Of a DNA stretch of 45,705 nt, positions 9,042 to 17,589 are shown one piece after another (position 1 is the stretch's first letter; each line of letters starts with the position of its first letter). The notes beneath the pieces were generated by a model. It was not told the origin of the DNA and did no database searches. It saw nothing but the letters and a program-made list of their open reading frames with translations. Location: positions 1 to 45,705 of the forward strand of contig JAOZFN010000002.1 in the NCBI GenBank assembly GCA_027492205.1. Direction: 5' to 3'. The translations under genes and the position numbers were made by a program. Origin of the DNA: Thermoproteota archaeon. GTDB taxonomy: Archaea; Korarchaeota; Korarchaeia; Korarchaeales; Korarchaeaceae.

Positions 9042-10189
9042 CTAGGGTCTCCCAGCAAAGTGCTGCGTCGCGTCCTCGTCGCACGCAAAGCAGTAGTCGC
9101 CGCAGTGGGTGTTGCAGTAGTACCTCGGAGGGTGGCAGCAATAGAGCACGTAGTAGCAATTGTGGCGGATGTAGTACCAGCCAGACGAGGGGGTAGTGGT
9201 CTCGTAGGGCTCACCGTACGTGTACCACTCCGCACTGGAGTCCTTGTTCCCCTCTCATATGACGTCGTGTCTCCAACCGTATGGACTCAGCGCTAAAGCC
9301 CTGTGGAACCACTTGATCTGGATGGACCTCAGTAGGCTTGAATCGCAGTATCGACTTGCCTCTTGCCAGTAGTAGTCCATGTCGGTGGTGCAGGTGGTCG
9401 TGCAGGTCTCTCCGATGAGGGCGTACCTCTGAGGGGTGGGCGAGCTGTAGCAGCCCACCCAGACCAGGCACCCAGCCCTGTCGAAGTTGTAGAGATATCT
9501 CCAGCCCGTCGGAAATGAGGCGCGCGGGGGTCGCAGGCTGTTAGTACGTACTCCCTCCCAAGCGACAGCTCATAAAGGACGAACAGCGCCCCCTCCCTGA
9601 ACCTGTCCACGGACAGGTTCCTGATCAGGCCGTGAATGAGCTTGAGCGTTTCGTTGATCATCCCCCTGTTTGACAGCCCCTCCCTCTCCCACCCGACCAC
9701 GTCCCAGAGGTAAGAAGCGCCCCGACCCATCTCGGCCATGTCCAGGCTCCGCCTGAATTCCTCGCCGTACTGTCCCTCGAACTCCATCCTCAACAGTTCA
9801 GACAGGACATACATCCTCTGGCTGAGCTCCTCGGCCCCCATCTCCGAGGCCACGGCCGCGGCCCTCCACTCGAGGAGGAGGTCGATATCCTCTGGGACGT
9901 ACACCGTTGCATTTCCAACCTCATACGCCCTATGCGCGCTGACATTACTCTTCCTGGACAGGACGCATAGGTGAGTTGCATTCATCAGAGATCGGCCCGT
10001 GGGATGCGGGCTCTGGCGGCTAGATAACGAGCTGTTGAGAGTTCGTCTCTCAGAGGTCTCAAGCGAGTAAGGCACCTCCGGTGATCCGTGCGGTATTCCC
10101 CCAGATGATAGGGCCGCAGTTAGCGCGATCAGAAGAACAGCTGCAACGAAGAATGCGGCTGACCGAATCTTGCCAGGCACCGCTATCAC
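9042..10189 (-). pseudogene. Secreted protein with a Cys/Tyr-rich C-terminus, interrupted by a frameshift (9526-9530) and an in-frame TGA (9255-9257)
   Basis: N-terminal signal/TM segment; the reading continues after a one-base shift and past the TGA to a TAG at 9042-9044. Confidence 0.55.
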
Positions 10190-10349
10190 CGCTATAAAAG
10201 GAAAACCCTAAGAAGAATAAACACACCATCAGGTTCCGATCTGATCTTGATCGAGTCGGCCTGTGGATAGTAGAATGTACGGGTCAGGAGGCCTGCGTGA
10301 ACTAACGAGGGAGCAGGAGGATCTAGACGGCTGAATCACGGGCGAGAGA

Positions 10350-10426
10350 TGGTGGGGCCGGTGGGATTCGAACCCACGACCACCGGCTCCCAAGGCCGGC
10401 ATCCTACCAAGCTAGACCACGGCCCC
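10350..10426 (-). tRNA. tRNA-Pro(UGG)
   Basis: Reverse complement GGGGCCGTGGTCTAGCTTGGTAGGATG-CCGGC-CTTGGGA-GCCGG...GTTCGAATC...CGGCCCCACCA. Confidence 0.95.
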
Positions 10427-10456
10427 TCGCAGCCTCAATGCCATCTGGAAATTTAA

Positions 10457-11023
10457 CTATTGACTCGACTCCACCATGCGGGCCAGCCTCCTAAGCGAGC
10501 CCTCGACGTCCCTCCAGTCCCACTCCAGAATCGGTACGTCCAAGACGCGGGCGAGTTCCTCCACGAACACTCCGGGTCCCGTGGCCCTTCGGTACTCCCC
10601 GGCCGCCCTGGGGTCCCCCATCCAGTCCCCGCTGCCGTGCTCGCTCACCCCGCAGGAGGGGCTCCCGTTCACGCCGACGAAGCCCAGCACCTCGTAGCCG
10701 TTCCTGAGGTACTCCCCGACCACCTCGGCGACCTCGGAGGCTATCCTGCGGCAGTGGGCCCTGAATCCGGGGTTGTCGAACTGCTCCTTGACTGCCCAGA
10801 ACCTCCTGAGCCCGTAGTGGGTGAGCTCGGGGCAGGGGAGCTGCACCATGCCCACACCCTCATCGACGAGGAGTTTCACGAGCTCCCCGACCGGTCCGGG
10901 CCTCCTGGCCTTGCCGAAGACCACGGAGTTCTGGTTGAGCAGGCAGTGAGCGAGCAGGATCACCCTCTTGGACCTTCTGTCCTTATAGCTTCGATCCAAC
11001 CCTTCCTCCCCCCTTATTCCCAC
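10457..11023 (-). CDS. TudS-related (DUF523/CD3072-like) Fe-S desulfidase
   Basis: RSKRVILLAHCLLNQNS, QLPCPE, GVNGSPSCGV, GVFVEEL. Confidence 0.8.
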   Translation of the reverse strand: MGIRGEEGLDRSYKDRRSKRVILLAHCLLNQNSVVFGKARRPGPVGELVKLLVDEGVGMVQLPCPELTHYGLRRFWAVKEQFDNPGFRAHCRRIASEVAEVVGEYLRNGYEVLGFVGVNGSPSCGVSEHGSGDWMGDPRAAGEYRRATGPGVFVEELARVLDVPILEWDWRDVEGSLRRLARMVESSQ

Positions 11024-11082
11024 TTAAAGTCCCCAAGTATCTGCTCAGCAGCGGCTCCGTTTCTCGATCGAGGAGATATTTT

Positions 11083-13128
11083 TCACTCTAGCAAGGTTAT
11101 GTTCTCCTGGCTAATAGCTTCTCTTCCTTCAGTGAAGGGTTCCAACCTTGAGACGATTATGATTTCATTTCTCTTGGAGGCTTCTTCATGTAATTTTTTC
11201 AGGAGTCTATGCACTCTAGTGTCATCTAGAAGTTCAGATATGGTATCTATGGTAAAGAGCGGTAAGTCCGGTACGATGACCTTTTTGATGACGTACGAGA
11301 GGATTACTGCCAGGACGCCTTTCTCGGCGTCTGACAAGGCTGTAAGAGGCGTAGGTGTTGTTGCGTTGGGCCTTAGGAGGATAAGTTCCCTAGTGGACAG
11401 ATCTAGCCTCATGTCTTCAAACTCAGCTAATTGTAGGAGATTAAAGTATTCCTTTAACTTTCTATTGATCTCATTCACTAACTCTATCCTAACAAGCTCA
11501 GTTCTGCGCTTGAAGTAATCTGCAAGGGACTGAGCCAGCTTTACTTTCTTTTCGAGCTGGATAAGCTCCTTCTCCTGATCCGCAAGTTGCTCAATTCTTG
11601 CTCTGATGGTAAGTAATTGCTCGTCAAGAGCCGACCTTCTTCTTTCTAGCTCATTGATTCGCTTTCTAACATTCTCGAGCCTCACGGCTTTTTCCTGTGG
11701 AATTTGCTTGAATAACTCTTCCATTATAGCTTCCTCTTTTTCATCAAGTTCCTTTAGTTCGTTATCAGTACTTCTGATTTCATTGTCAAGCTGATCAAGC
11801 TTCTTCTCTAGTACCCTCAGCTCACGCTCCTTCGTTTTAATATCTCTCTCTGTCCGTGTTAATTCTGTGTAATATTTACTCAATTCTTTTTTAAGACCCT
11901 CCTTTAGATAGCTTAATTCGGCCATAATTCGTCTTTTTTCCGACTCATAGAGAGCTTTCTCAGACGATAATTTCTTGTGTAAGGACTCCAATTTCCTGAG
12001 TTCTTCCTCGAGGTCCTCAACTTCGTGTTCAACAAACTCAGCTAAAGAGAATTCGTGTCCACAATTTGGACATTTTACTCTTCCTCTAATTGGCAGACCA
12101 CACCATTCGCATTTCGGCTGCTCCAGCTCCCTCTTCCTTCTACTAAGTATGTCTGATACCTCCGCCATTCTATCCCTTATCCCGGGTATCTTGATCCTAC
12201 CGTGCGGAGAGTCCTCCAGGTAACCATTCAATTCCCGCTCTATCTCTCTAATCTTACTTTGAATTTCAGAGTATTGTCTCTCTAAACTCTCGATTCTATG
12301 CTTAGAAGCTTCCTCCTCTTTTTTCACTCTCTCAACGGACCTCTCTAATTGGGTCTTCTTGGCTTTCAGATCTCCTATTTCTGCGCTCAGCGAGGCGTAT
12401 CGGGTCTGGATTTTACTTAACTCAGTTATCAGATTTCTTCGGATTCCCCTAAGCCTATTCCTATTTTCTCTAATTTGTGCTAACCTCTCTTCCTGTCGCC
12501 TAGCAAGCTCCTCGTAAGCGGCAAAATCGGGATCGGAAAGAAGTCTCGACTGTTCCTCATCGATCGATCTGATTTGTTCCTGAAGATCCTTTTCCAACTC
12601 TAAGTAGCTTTTCTGTCGTTCTCTAAATCTAGATACTGCAGACTCGTATGTAAAAGTTAAGTCCCGTGCGATATCCTCCGCAACCTTACTAATTAAATCT
12701 AGTTCTTTGACTTTTGAAAGACCCTCAATCCATTGAATGAGCCTATTAATGTCACCCGATACAATAGACTGAAAGATCGGAGACTCAAGCTCTAGAAAAG
12801 CTACGGAGGCAGCTTCTTTGCCCATGTAGAGATCGGTAATCAGCGCGGTTCCATTTGCTCTGACCTCGCTACCAACCCGAATCAGCTTTACAGAAGCCTC
12901 TCTTCCATCCATTTCCATTTCTACATGACCCGTCCTTTCGTACTCATTGAGCAGCCTGGACAGTTCTCCTTCATTAAGGGCCATTGTTGAACCTAACTTG
13001 ATAGCTTTTATGAGACTCGTTTTCCCAGACGCGTTAGGTCCGGATATTATATTTACTCCAGATGCGAATGAAAAGTCCCTCTGCCCTCGGAATATCCCAA
13101 TGTTACTAACTTCAACCTTTAACCTTAT
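11083..13128 (-). CDS. Archaea-specific SMC-related ATPase (Sph/ClsN-like), about 681 aa
   Basis: In-frame extension upstream of 12984 encodes RLKVEVSNIGIFRG...GVNIISGPNASGKTSLIKAI (Walker A); long coiled coils; central CEWC/CPNC; C-terminal LSDAEK signature and LFTIDTISE Walker-B-like motif. Confidence 0.85.
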   Translation of the reverse strand: MRLKVEVSNIGIFRGQRDFSFASGVNIISGPNASGKTSLIKAIKLGSTMALNEGELSRLLNEYERTGHVEMEMDGREASVKLIRVGSEVRANGTALITDLYMGKEAASVAFLELESPIFQSIVSGDINRLIQWIEGLSKVKELDLISKVAEDIARDLTFTYESAVSRFRERQKSYLELEKDLQEQIRSIDEEQSRLLSDPDFAAYEELARRQEERLAQIRENRNRLRGIRRNLITELSKIQTRYASLSAEIGDLKAKKTQLERSVERVKKEEEASKHRIESLERQYSEIQSKIREIERELNGYLEDSPHGRIKIPGIRDRMAEVSDILSRRKRELEQPKCEWCGLPIRGRVKCPNCGHEFSLAEFVEHEVEDLEEELRKLESLHKKLSSEKALYESEKRRIMAELSYLKEGLKKELSKYYTELTRTERDIKTKERELRVLEKKLDQLDNEIRSTDNELKELDEKEEAIMEELFKQIPQEKAVRLENVRKRINELERRRSALDEQLLTIRARIEQLADQEKELIQLEKKVKLAQSLADYFKRRTELVRIELVNEINRKLKEYFNLLQLAEFEDMRLDLSTRELILLRPNATTPTPLTALSDAEKGVLAVILSYVIKKVIVPDLPLFTIDTISELLDDTRVHRLLKKLHEEASKRNEIIIVSRLEPFTEGREAISQENITLLE

Positions 13129-13261
13129 TTTCTATCACCTCCCTAAGTCTCTTCTCGATGATTTCAGACACTCTTATGCTCTTTCCCGCGTAAGCCTTCA
13201 AGAGTTTTAAAAGTTCTTTCTCCAGCTCATCTAGTTCTTGTTCCTTAAACTCAATATTCAT
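13112..13261 (-). CDS. Small 49-aa helical protein, not in the ORF track
   Basis: ATG preceded by GGAGGTG; MNIEFKEQELDELEKELLKLLKAYAGKSIRVSEIIEKRLREVIENKVKG; overlaps both neighbouring genes. Confidence 0.65.
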   Translation of the reverse strand: MNIEFKEQELDELEKELLKLLKAYAGKSIRVSEIIEKRLREVIENKVKG

Positions 13262-13592
13262 TCAGGAACACCTCCAGTATCCTTTCATATCCTTCGTCCT
13301 CAGGATCGTCTGGAAGGGACCAGAGGCGAGCAGGCAGATCTCCCTTTAAAAGTTGTCTTAAGCAATAAACCTCAATTAGCGGGTGATACGTATCGAAGAA
13401 TTTCCTTAACGCCCACAAGCCTCGTCCTGTGAGTTCTAGGCCTATGTAGACCTCCCCAAACTTTGGAATCCTGTCTCCGCCGCACAGAATTTTGCATGAG
13501 TCTTTACATCTATTTAGGATACTTTTAAGCTTTTTCTTATCTTCTTCATCCCTTAGGTAGATTTCTACTAGTATTCCAATCAACTCGAGCAC
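13251..13592 (-). CDS. Hypothetical protein (113 aa) of the island operon
   Basis: ORF tightly packed between the AAA gene and the 49-aa gene, with island codon usage. Confidence 0.7.
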   Translation of the reverse strand: MLELIGILVEIYLRDEEDKKKLKSILNRCKDSCKILCGGDRIPKFGEVYIGLELTGRGLWALRKFFDTYHPLIEVYCLRQLLKGDLPARLWSLPDDPEDEGYERILEVFLNEY

Positions 13593-13620
13593 CTCTCAGG
13601 TCCTACCAATAGCTTTTACC

Positions 13621-14424
13621 TCAAAGAGTTCGATTTGAAGAAGCCGTTATATATTCAATATACCTCTCTGTTATGTATCTTCTGACATACCTAAATGTTC
13701 TCTTCGTTTCTTGGATTGAATCCAGATCATCTTTAAGATTAATGAGTATCTCGTTCGTAGTATTCGGATCGATTGACCATCGCCTGCATAACTCCCTTGC
13801 AAAACTTAAAAGAGCTTCTTTGTCTGGATTAGGAAACTTAACAAGATAAAATCTATCTAGCAAGGCCTCGTCAAGTAGATCTTCGCGATTAGTAATCAGT
13901 ATCGCTGCCTGGTTTGAAGTGTCTAATTGATCGATTTCGTGGAAGAAAACGTTCAGTTGAGTTATATACCATGTATCGAGCTTAACACCAAAGCTTCTTG
14001 TTAGGAATAAACCTTCCGCATCATCAAAGACGTATAAGACTCCGTAGCTTATGTTAATCCTTTTGATCTCTTCCGCTAACCGGCGGCCCCTTAAAAAAAG
14101 ACTTCTAATTTGCTTCTCAGTCTCGCCATATTTAGGAAATGCCAGATCGGCACAATCTCTATATATCACATACTCTTCTCCAGATCTTCTGGAGTACTCT
14201 AAGATCCCCAGCTCATTAGCTATTTGCCAGGCCATCCACGTCTTCCCGACCCCCGGTGGCCCACTGAAAACAAACCCCTTTATTCCGTCTTTTATTCCTT
14301 TTCTCCACTGATATTGTATAATTGAAGTTAACTTTATTAGCATTTTCCTGTGCCACTTTCCAGTGAATATCTGAAGAGCGTCTTTCGTCGGATATATGTT
14401 TAAACTTCCTCTATCTTCAGCCAT
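13621..14424 (-). CDS. Single-domain classical AAA+ ATPase
   Basis: Walker A GPPGVGKT, pore-loop-like FPKYGETE, Walker B VLYVFDDAE, SRH TNREDLLDEALLDRF. Confidence 0.88.
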   Translation of the reverse strand: MAEDRGSLNIYPTKDALQIFTGKWHRKMLIKLTSIIQYQWRKGIKDGIKGFVFSGPPGVGKTWMAWQIANELGILEYSRRSGEEYVIYRDCADLAFPKYGETEKQIRSLFLRGRRLAEEIKRINISYGVLYVFDDAEGLFLTRSFGVKLDTWYITQLNVFFHEIDQLDTSNQAAILITNREDLLDEALLDRFYLVKFPNPDKEALLSFARELCRRWSIDPNTTNEILINLKDDLDSIQETKRTFRYVRRYITERYIEYITASSNRTL

Positions 14425-14488
14425 AACGTCCCCCTTTCCAAAGCAACTTTCAGATATAATTTAAGTTCTAGTCAATAAGGTCTTCATT

Positions 14489-15523
14489 CTATCCGATCTC
14501 CCATCTTCCTCTTACTCTCTCTCTTAGTCTCTCTTTCAACCTATAGGCGAACTTGATCCATGGATCGGCAACATAATATACCATCCTCCCACCATGCTCT
14601 TTGTCATAAAACTTAGGTCTAGTCTTGTCCTTTGGTTTTAGAATTTTCATTAAATCTAACTTTTCATATATAAATCTCAGATTAGAGCTGCGCTTCGGTC
14701 TAATTTTTCTTGCCGCTTCGAAAATTACTCGAATGGGGAGTATAGGCCTAACATCTTCTACAATTTCAACTAACTCATTGAATAATCGGTCTGGATTTTC
14801 TATATTATGGTCTGACTTCAAGTGTTCTAAGAGTAGCTTTTTCTCATGGAGCCCATAGATCATGGAAGAGTCTCCACATAACCTGCATCTGTAGCCAGCG
14901 AGTTCGCGATAAAGATATGCGGGAAAAATATTTCCAGAGTCGTCTATAATGTCCATTAACGCCCTTATGAGAATTGTAAAATCCCTGATGTCAAAGTTAC
15001 GCGTTTTATAAATCGCCGCCAAGAGCTTACCAACAGACCTTTCCCCCCCAGCCTCCAAATCATCCCTAAGTTCTTGGGTACATTCAATAATGGTGACAAA
15101 TTCCTCACTATTCTCGTCATAACGCGAGTGGATGTGGATTAGTCCAGCCTCCTGAAAAGTTTCTAGAGCCTCTGATAGAGAGACGCCTTTGATCCCCTTC
15201 CACACACTCAATTCAATAGTTTCTATAGGTATTTCGTCAGAATGGCTGCACTGCAAATTTAGAAAATGGAGCAGCCGCATGTAAGGTGCCAACATCGGGT
15301 GACCCGGAGCCAATAGTGCGATGGACTTCATGATGATCTCCGCATCCTCGCTCGAGAAGTTGCCTTCAGACCCCTCTATAGCATCATACAAAACCTGATA
15401 GGTTGCATTCGCTATAGCACAACTTAGACACATATCTTTATCATCAAATATTACAAACTCACTCATCCGGACCTTTCTACCACATTGGGGACAGATTACT
15501 ACTTCCTCCCCTCCTTTTGTCAC
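14489..15523 (-). CDS. Hypothetical Zn-finger / wHTH-like protein (344 aa)
   Basis: N-terminal CPQC...CLSC; LSEALETFQEAGLIHI (wHTH-like); CRLC...HLKSDH (C2H2-like). Confidence 0.7.
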   Translation of the reverse strand: MTKGGEEVVICPQCGRKVRMSEFVIFDDKDMCLSCAIANATYQVLYDAIEGSEGNFSSEDAEIIMKSIALLAPGHPMLAPYMRLLHFLNLQCSHSDEIPIETIELSVWKGIKGVSLSEALETFQEAGLIHIHSRYDENSEEFVTIIECTQELRDDLEAGGERSVGKLLAAIYKTRNFDIRDFTILIRALMDIIDDSGNIFPAYLYRELAGYRCRLCGDSSMIYGLHEKKLLLEHLKSDHNIENPDRLFNELVEIVEDVRPILPIRVIFEAARKIRPKRSSNLRFIYEKLDLMKILKPKDKTRPKFYDKEHGGRMVYYVADPWIKFAYRLKERLRERVRGRWEIG

Positions 15524-15583
15524 GAGACAGTCGATATCAGACTTTTATTTATCCTCTGCTGTAGTGAACCATGTCACCAAGAA

Positions 15584-16549
15584 ATGATAAGACAAGTTCC
15601 AAAAACTTTCACATATTATGTGAGGAAATTAGATAAGTTATCCTTTAGACCACGTTCTGTTAAGAAATATTTCGTTGGAGCTGGAAAGAGCCGATTTGAT
15701 CCACTGATACTGGTTTTTTCAAAACTGGAGTTGAGCCGTCCTAAGTGGGTACGAAGGGTTATTCTAGACGCGGAGCAAGACGCCCTCGGGTTTGTGGAGT
15801 ACCCTCCCGCTCTAGCCCTTTCTCCTCGTATTAGGACGCTACGAAGGGCTATTTGGCAGCTGAAACAAGATGGAATCATCAACTCTGTTAAACTTGAGCC
15901 CCCCTCACAGGATTTAAAGCTTTACAAAACAATTAGAAGCCTAAAAATCCGCTTTTACAGAGAAGAAAAAAGGGAAATCGCTTTTGAAAGCTATAAATTC
16001 GTTCTCATCGACCCTCTCCAGTTAGTGGAGACTCAGGACGAATACTCATGCATAGCACTCGGAGTCTTAATGATTTTAGACTTTATTTTATGGAAGGGAG
16101 GAAGAATTCTGACGCAGGATATTGCTAACAAACTTGGGCTGAATGCAGATTTTGTAAACGCCGCTTTAGACCTTCTCTACAGCTTGGGTTTGACTTATTC
16201 TACTGCAAGTAGAGTTACGGTTAAGATCAGATTAGAGAATAAAAGTAAAATCGATGAGTATTTAAATGCGTATAAAGTAAAAATTGAGAAGATAGCCGAG
16301 TTCCTCAGAGAACAGTTTTATTACTACGCAAGCCTAGCTGGACTTTTAATAAATCAAAAAGTTCCATTATATGACGCAACAGGCTTTGCATCCTATTATG
16401 ATGAGGACTTGGACCTGGACCAAAAAATTCTGCTTAGATGTGTTAGAAAGTTTCCGGCAATAGTGAAAATGTTAATTGAAAGACATAATTTACTTCAAAG
16501 TCATCATGCGTTGCTATTACAAGACTTTGGAATACTAAAAGGACTTTGA
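15584..16549 (+). CDS. Hypothetical wHTH-containing protein divergent from the island operon
   Basis: ATG at 15584 after TTTTATTTA; LTQDIANKLGLNADFVNAALDLLYSLGL and LRRAIWQLKQDGII are wHTH-like. Confidence 0.65.
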   Translation: MIRQVPKTFTYYVRKLDKLSFRPRSVKKYFVGAGKSRFDPLILVFSKLELSRPKWVRRVILDAEQDALGFVEYPPALALSPRIRTLRRAIWQLKQDGIINSVKLEPPSQDLKLYKTIRSLKIRFYREEKREIAFESYKFVLIDPLQLVETQDEYSCIALGVLMILDFILWKGGRILTQDIANKLGLNADFVNAALDLLYSLGLTYSTASRVTVKIRLENKSKIDEYLNAYKVKIEKIAEFLREQFYYYASLAGLLINQKVPLYDATGFASYYDEDLDLDQKILLRCVRKFPAIVKMLIERHNLLQSHHALLLQDFGILKGL

Positions 16550-17135
16550 CGACACCATAGGTAATTAGAATTTATAAATTTCTTCTAATTTAATAAATAC
16601 ATATATATGTGAGAATTATGGACGCCTTTCTCAACGAAGGAACAGGGTAGTTGATGGAGGCCCTATTCCAAACTAAATATCGCCCGCGAAATATCATGTG
16701 ACGCGCAGCATATTTTCTGATCTCATGCGCCGCGAGGCCCTACCCCCCCCACCTTAACTCTGAACTCTGATTTACCTCTATCCTTCGTCTCTGGCCGATG
16801 CTTAGAGGATAGCAAGGGCCCCTACCTCCTGAGCCCTATTTTGGCTGAGATATTGTCGCAATTCCTGCCTGACATTAGCCAAACTTACGTGGCTGTGCAT
16901 TCAAGAGATGAAGGATATGGTGCCATGTGACCTAGCCTGGACTCCTCATTACCGCAACGGAGTAGCTCACCATCTCAAAGGCATACCCGGTGTCTTCGCA
17001 ATCTTACGCATGTTTATCGGGGCGGCCCCCGTCTTCTCAACTTGTTATGCCTACAAGACGGCGAAAAAGCTCAAAATAGGCATCAGGGCGGCCCCTCATC
17101 CTCTCAAAGTTATTTCAGACGCAGCAACAGTATGG

Positions 17136-17257
17136 TGGTGGGGCCGCAGGGACTTCCATCCGAACCTCGTTCGCAACCCAAACATATGAGGTTCGGATTT
17201 TGAACCCTGGCCAAGGGCTCCCGAAGCCCTCATCCTGCCAAGCTAGACCACGGCCCC
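17136..17257 (-). tRNA. tRNA-Pro(CGG) with a 46-nt T-loop (59/60) intron at 17153-17198
   Basis: Anticodon arm AGGGC-TTCGGGA-GCCCT; full BHB motif (TTCA/TGGA helix, AAA and AGT bulges, TCCGAACCTC/GAGGTTCGGA); splicing yields T-loop TTCAAAT; encoded CCA. Confidence 0.9.
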
Positions 17258-17589
17258 ACCGGTCGGGTCATGCCGGCATCCACTACTTAAAGCTTGAGTC
17301 GGGCATCGTGAGGATGCCCCGGTGCTAGTGTACTGCTGTCGCCTATGAGAGCCGCTCCCGCCACTTTGACATCCGGGGGTGGAACTGAAACTCAGCGGAA
17401 AGAGCATAAGAGGCGAGGAACAGCGCATATCTCCTAGAGGTAGATGGGAACCCGAACGTAGTTGAGAGGCGGCTGAAAGGGTAGAGATTGTTCTAGTAAC
17501 GTGCGAAGGGGAGGTCCCCCTCTTTTGGCTGAGCAAACTCGCGCGCTACAGCTACCCCAGGCAGCCGGGTCCGCCACGGTTCCAGCCAG

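Larger units (their letters stand above)
11040..16720. mobile_element. AT-rich genomic island (boundaries approximate; no integrase or att site seen)
   Basis: Abrupt shift in base composition and codon usage relative to both flanks; lies downstream of the 3' end of tRNA-Pro(CGG). Confidence 0.7.

Noticed and set aside
11083-13128. Calling the SMC-like gene rad50 or smc
   Set aside because: No adjacent mre11/nurA/herA or scpAB, no hinge domain, and non-canonical signature and Walker B
10350-17146. Identical 3' ends (TGGTGGGGCCG) of the two tRNA-Pro genes as attL/attR of an integrated element
   Set aside because: Both are complete tRNAs with different anticodons, the identity covers only the acceptor end, a host-like gene lies inside, and no integrase is present
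16908-17189. 93-aa ORF, and degenerate GGGCGGCCCC..CTCAA repeats near 17020 and 17085 as a mini-CRISPR
   Set aside because: The ORF runs antisense into the tRNA; only two imperfect copies exist, with no array or cas genes
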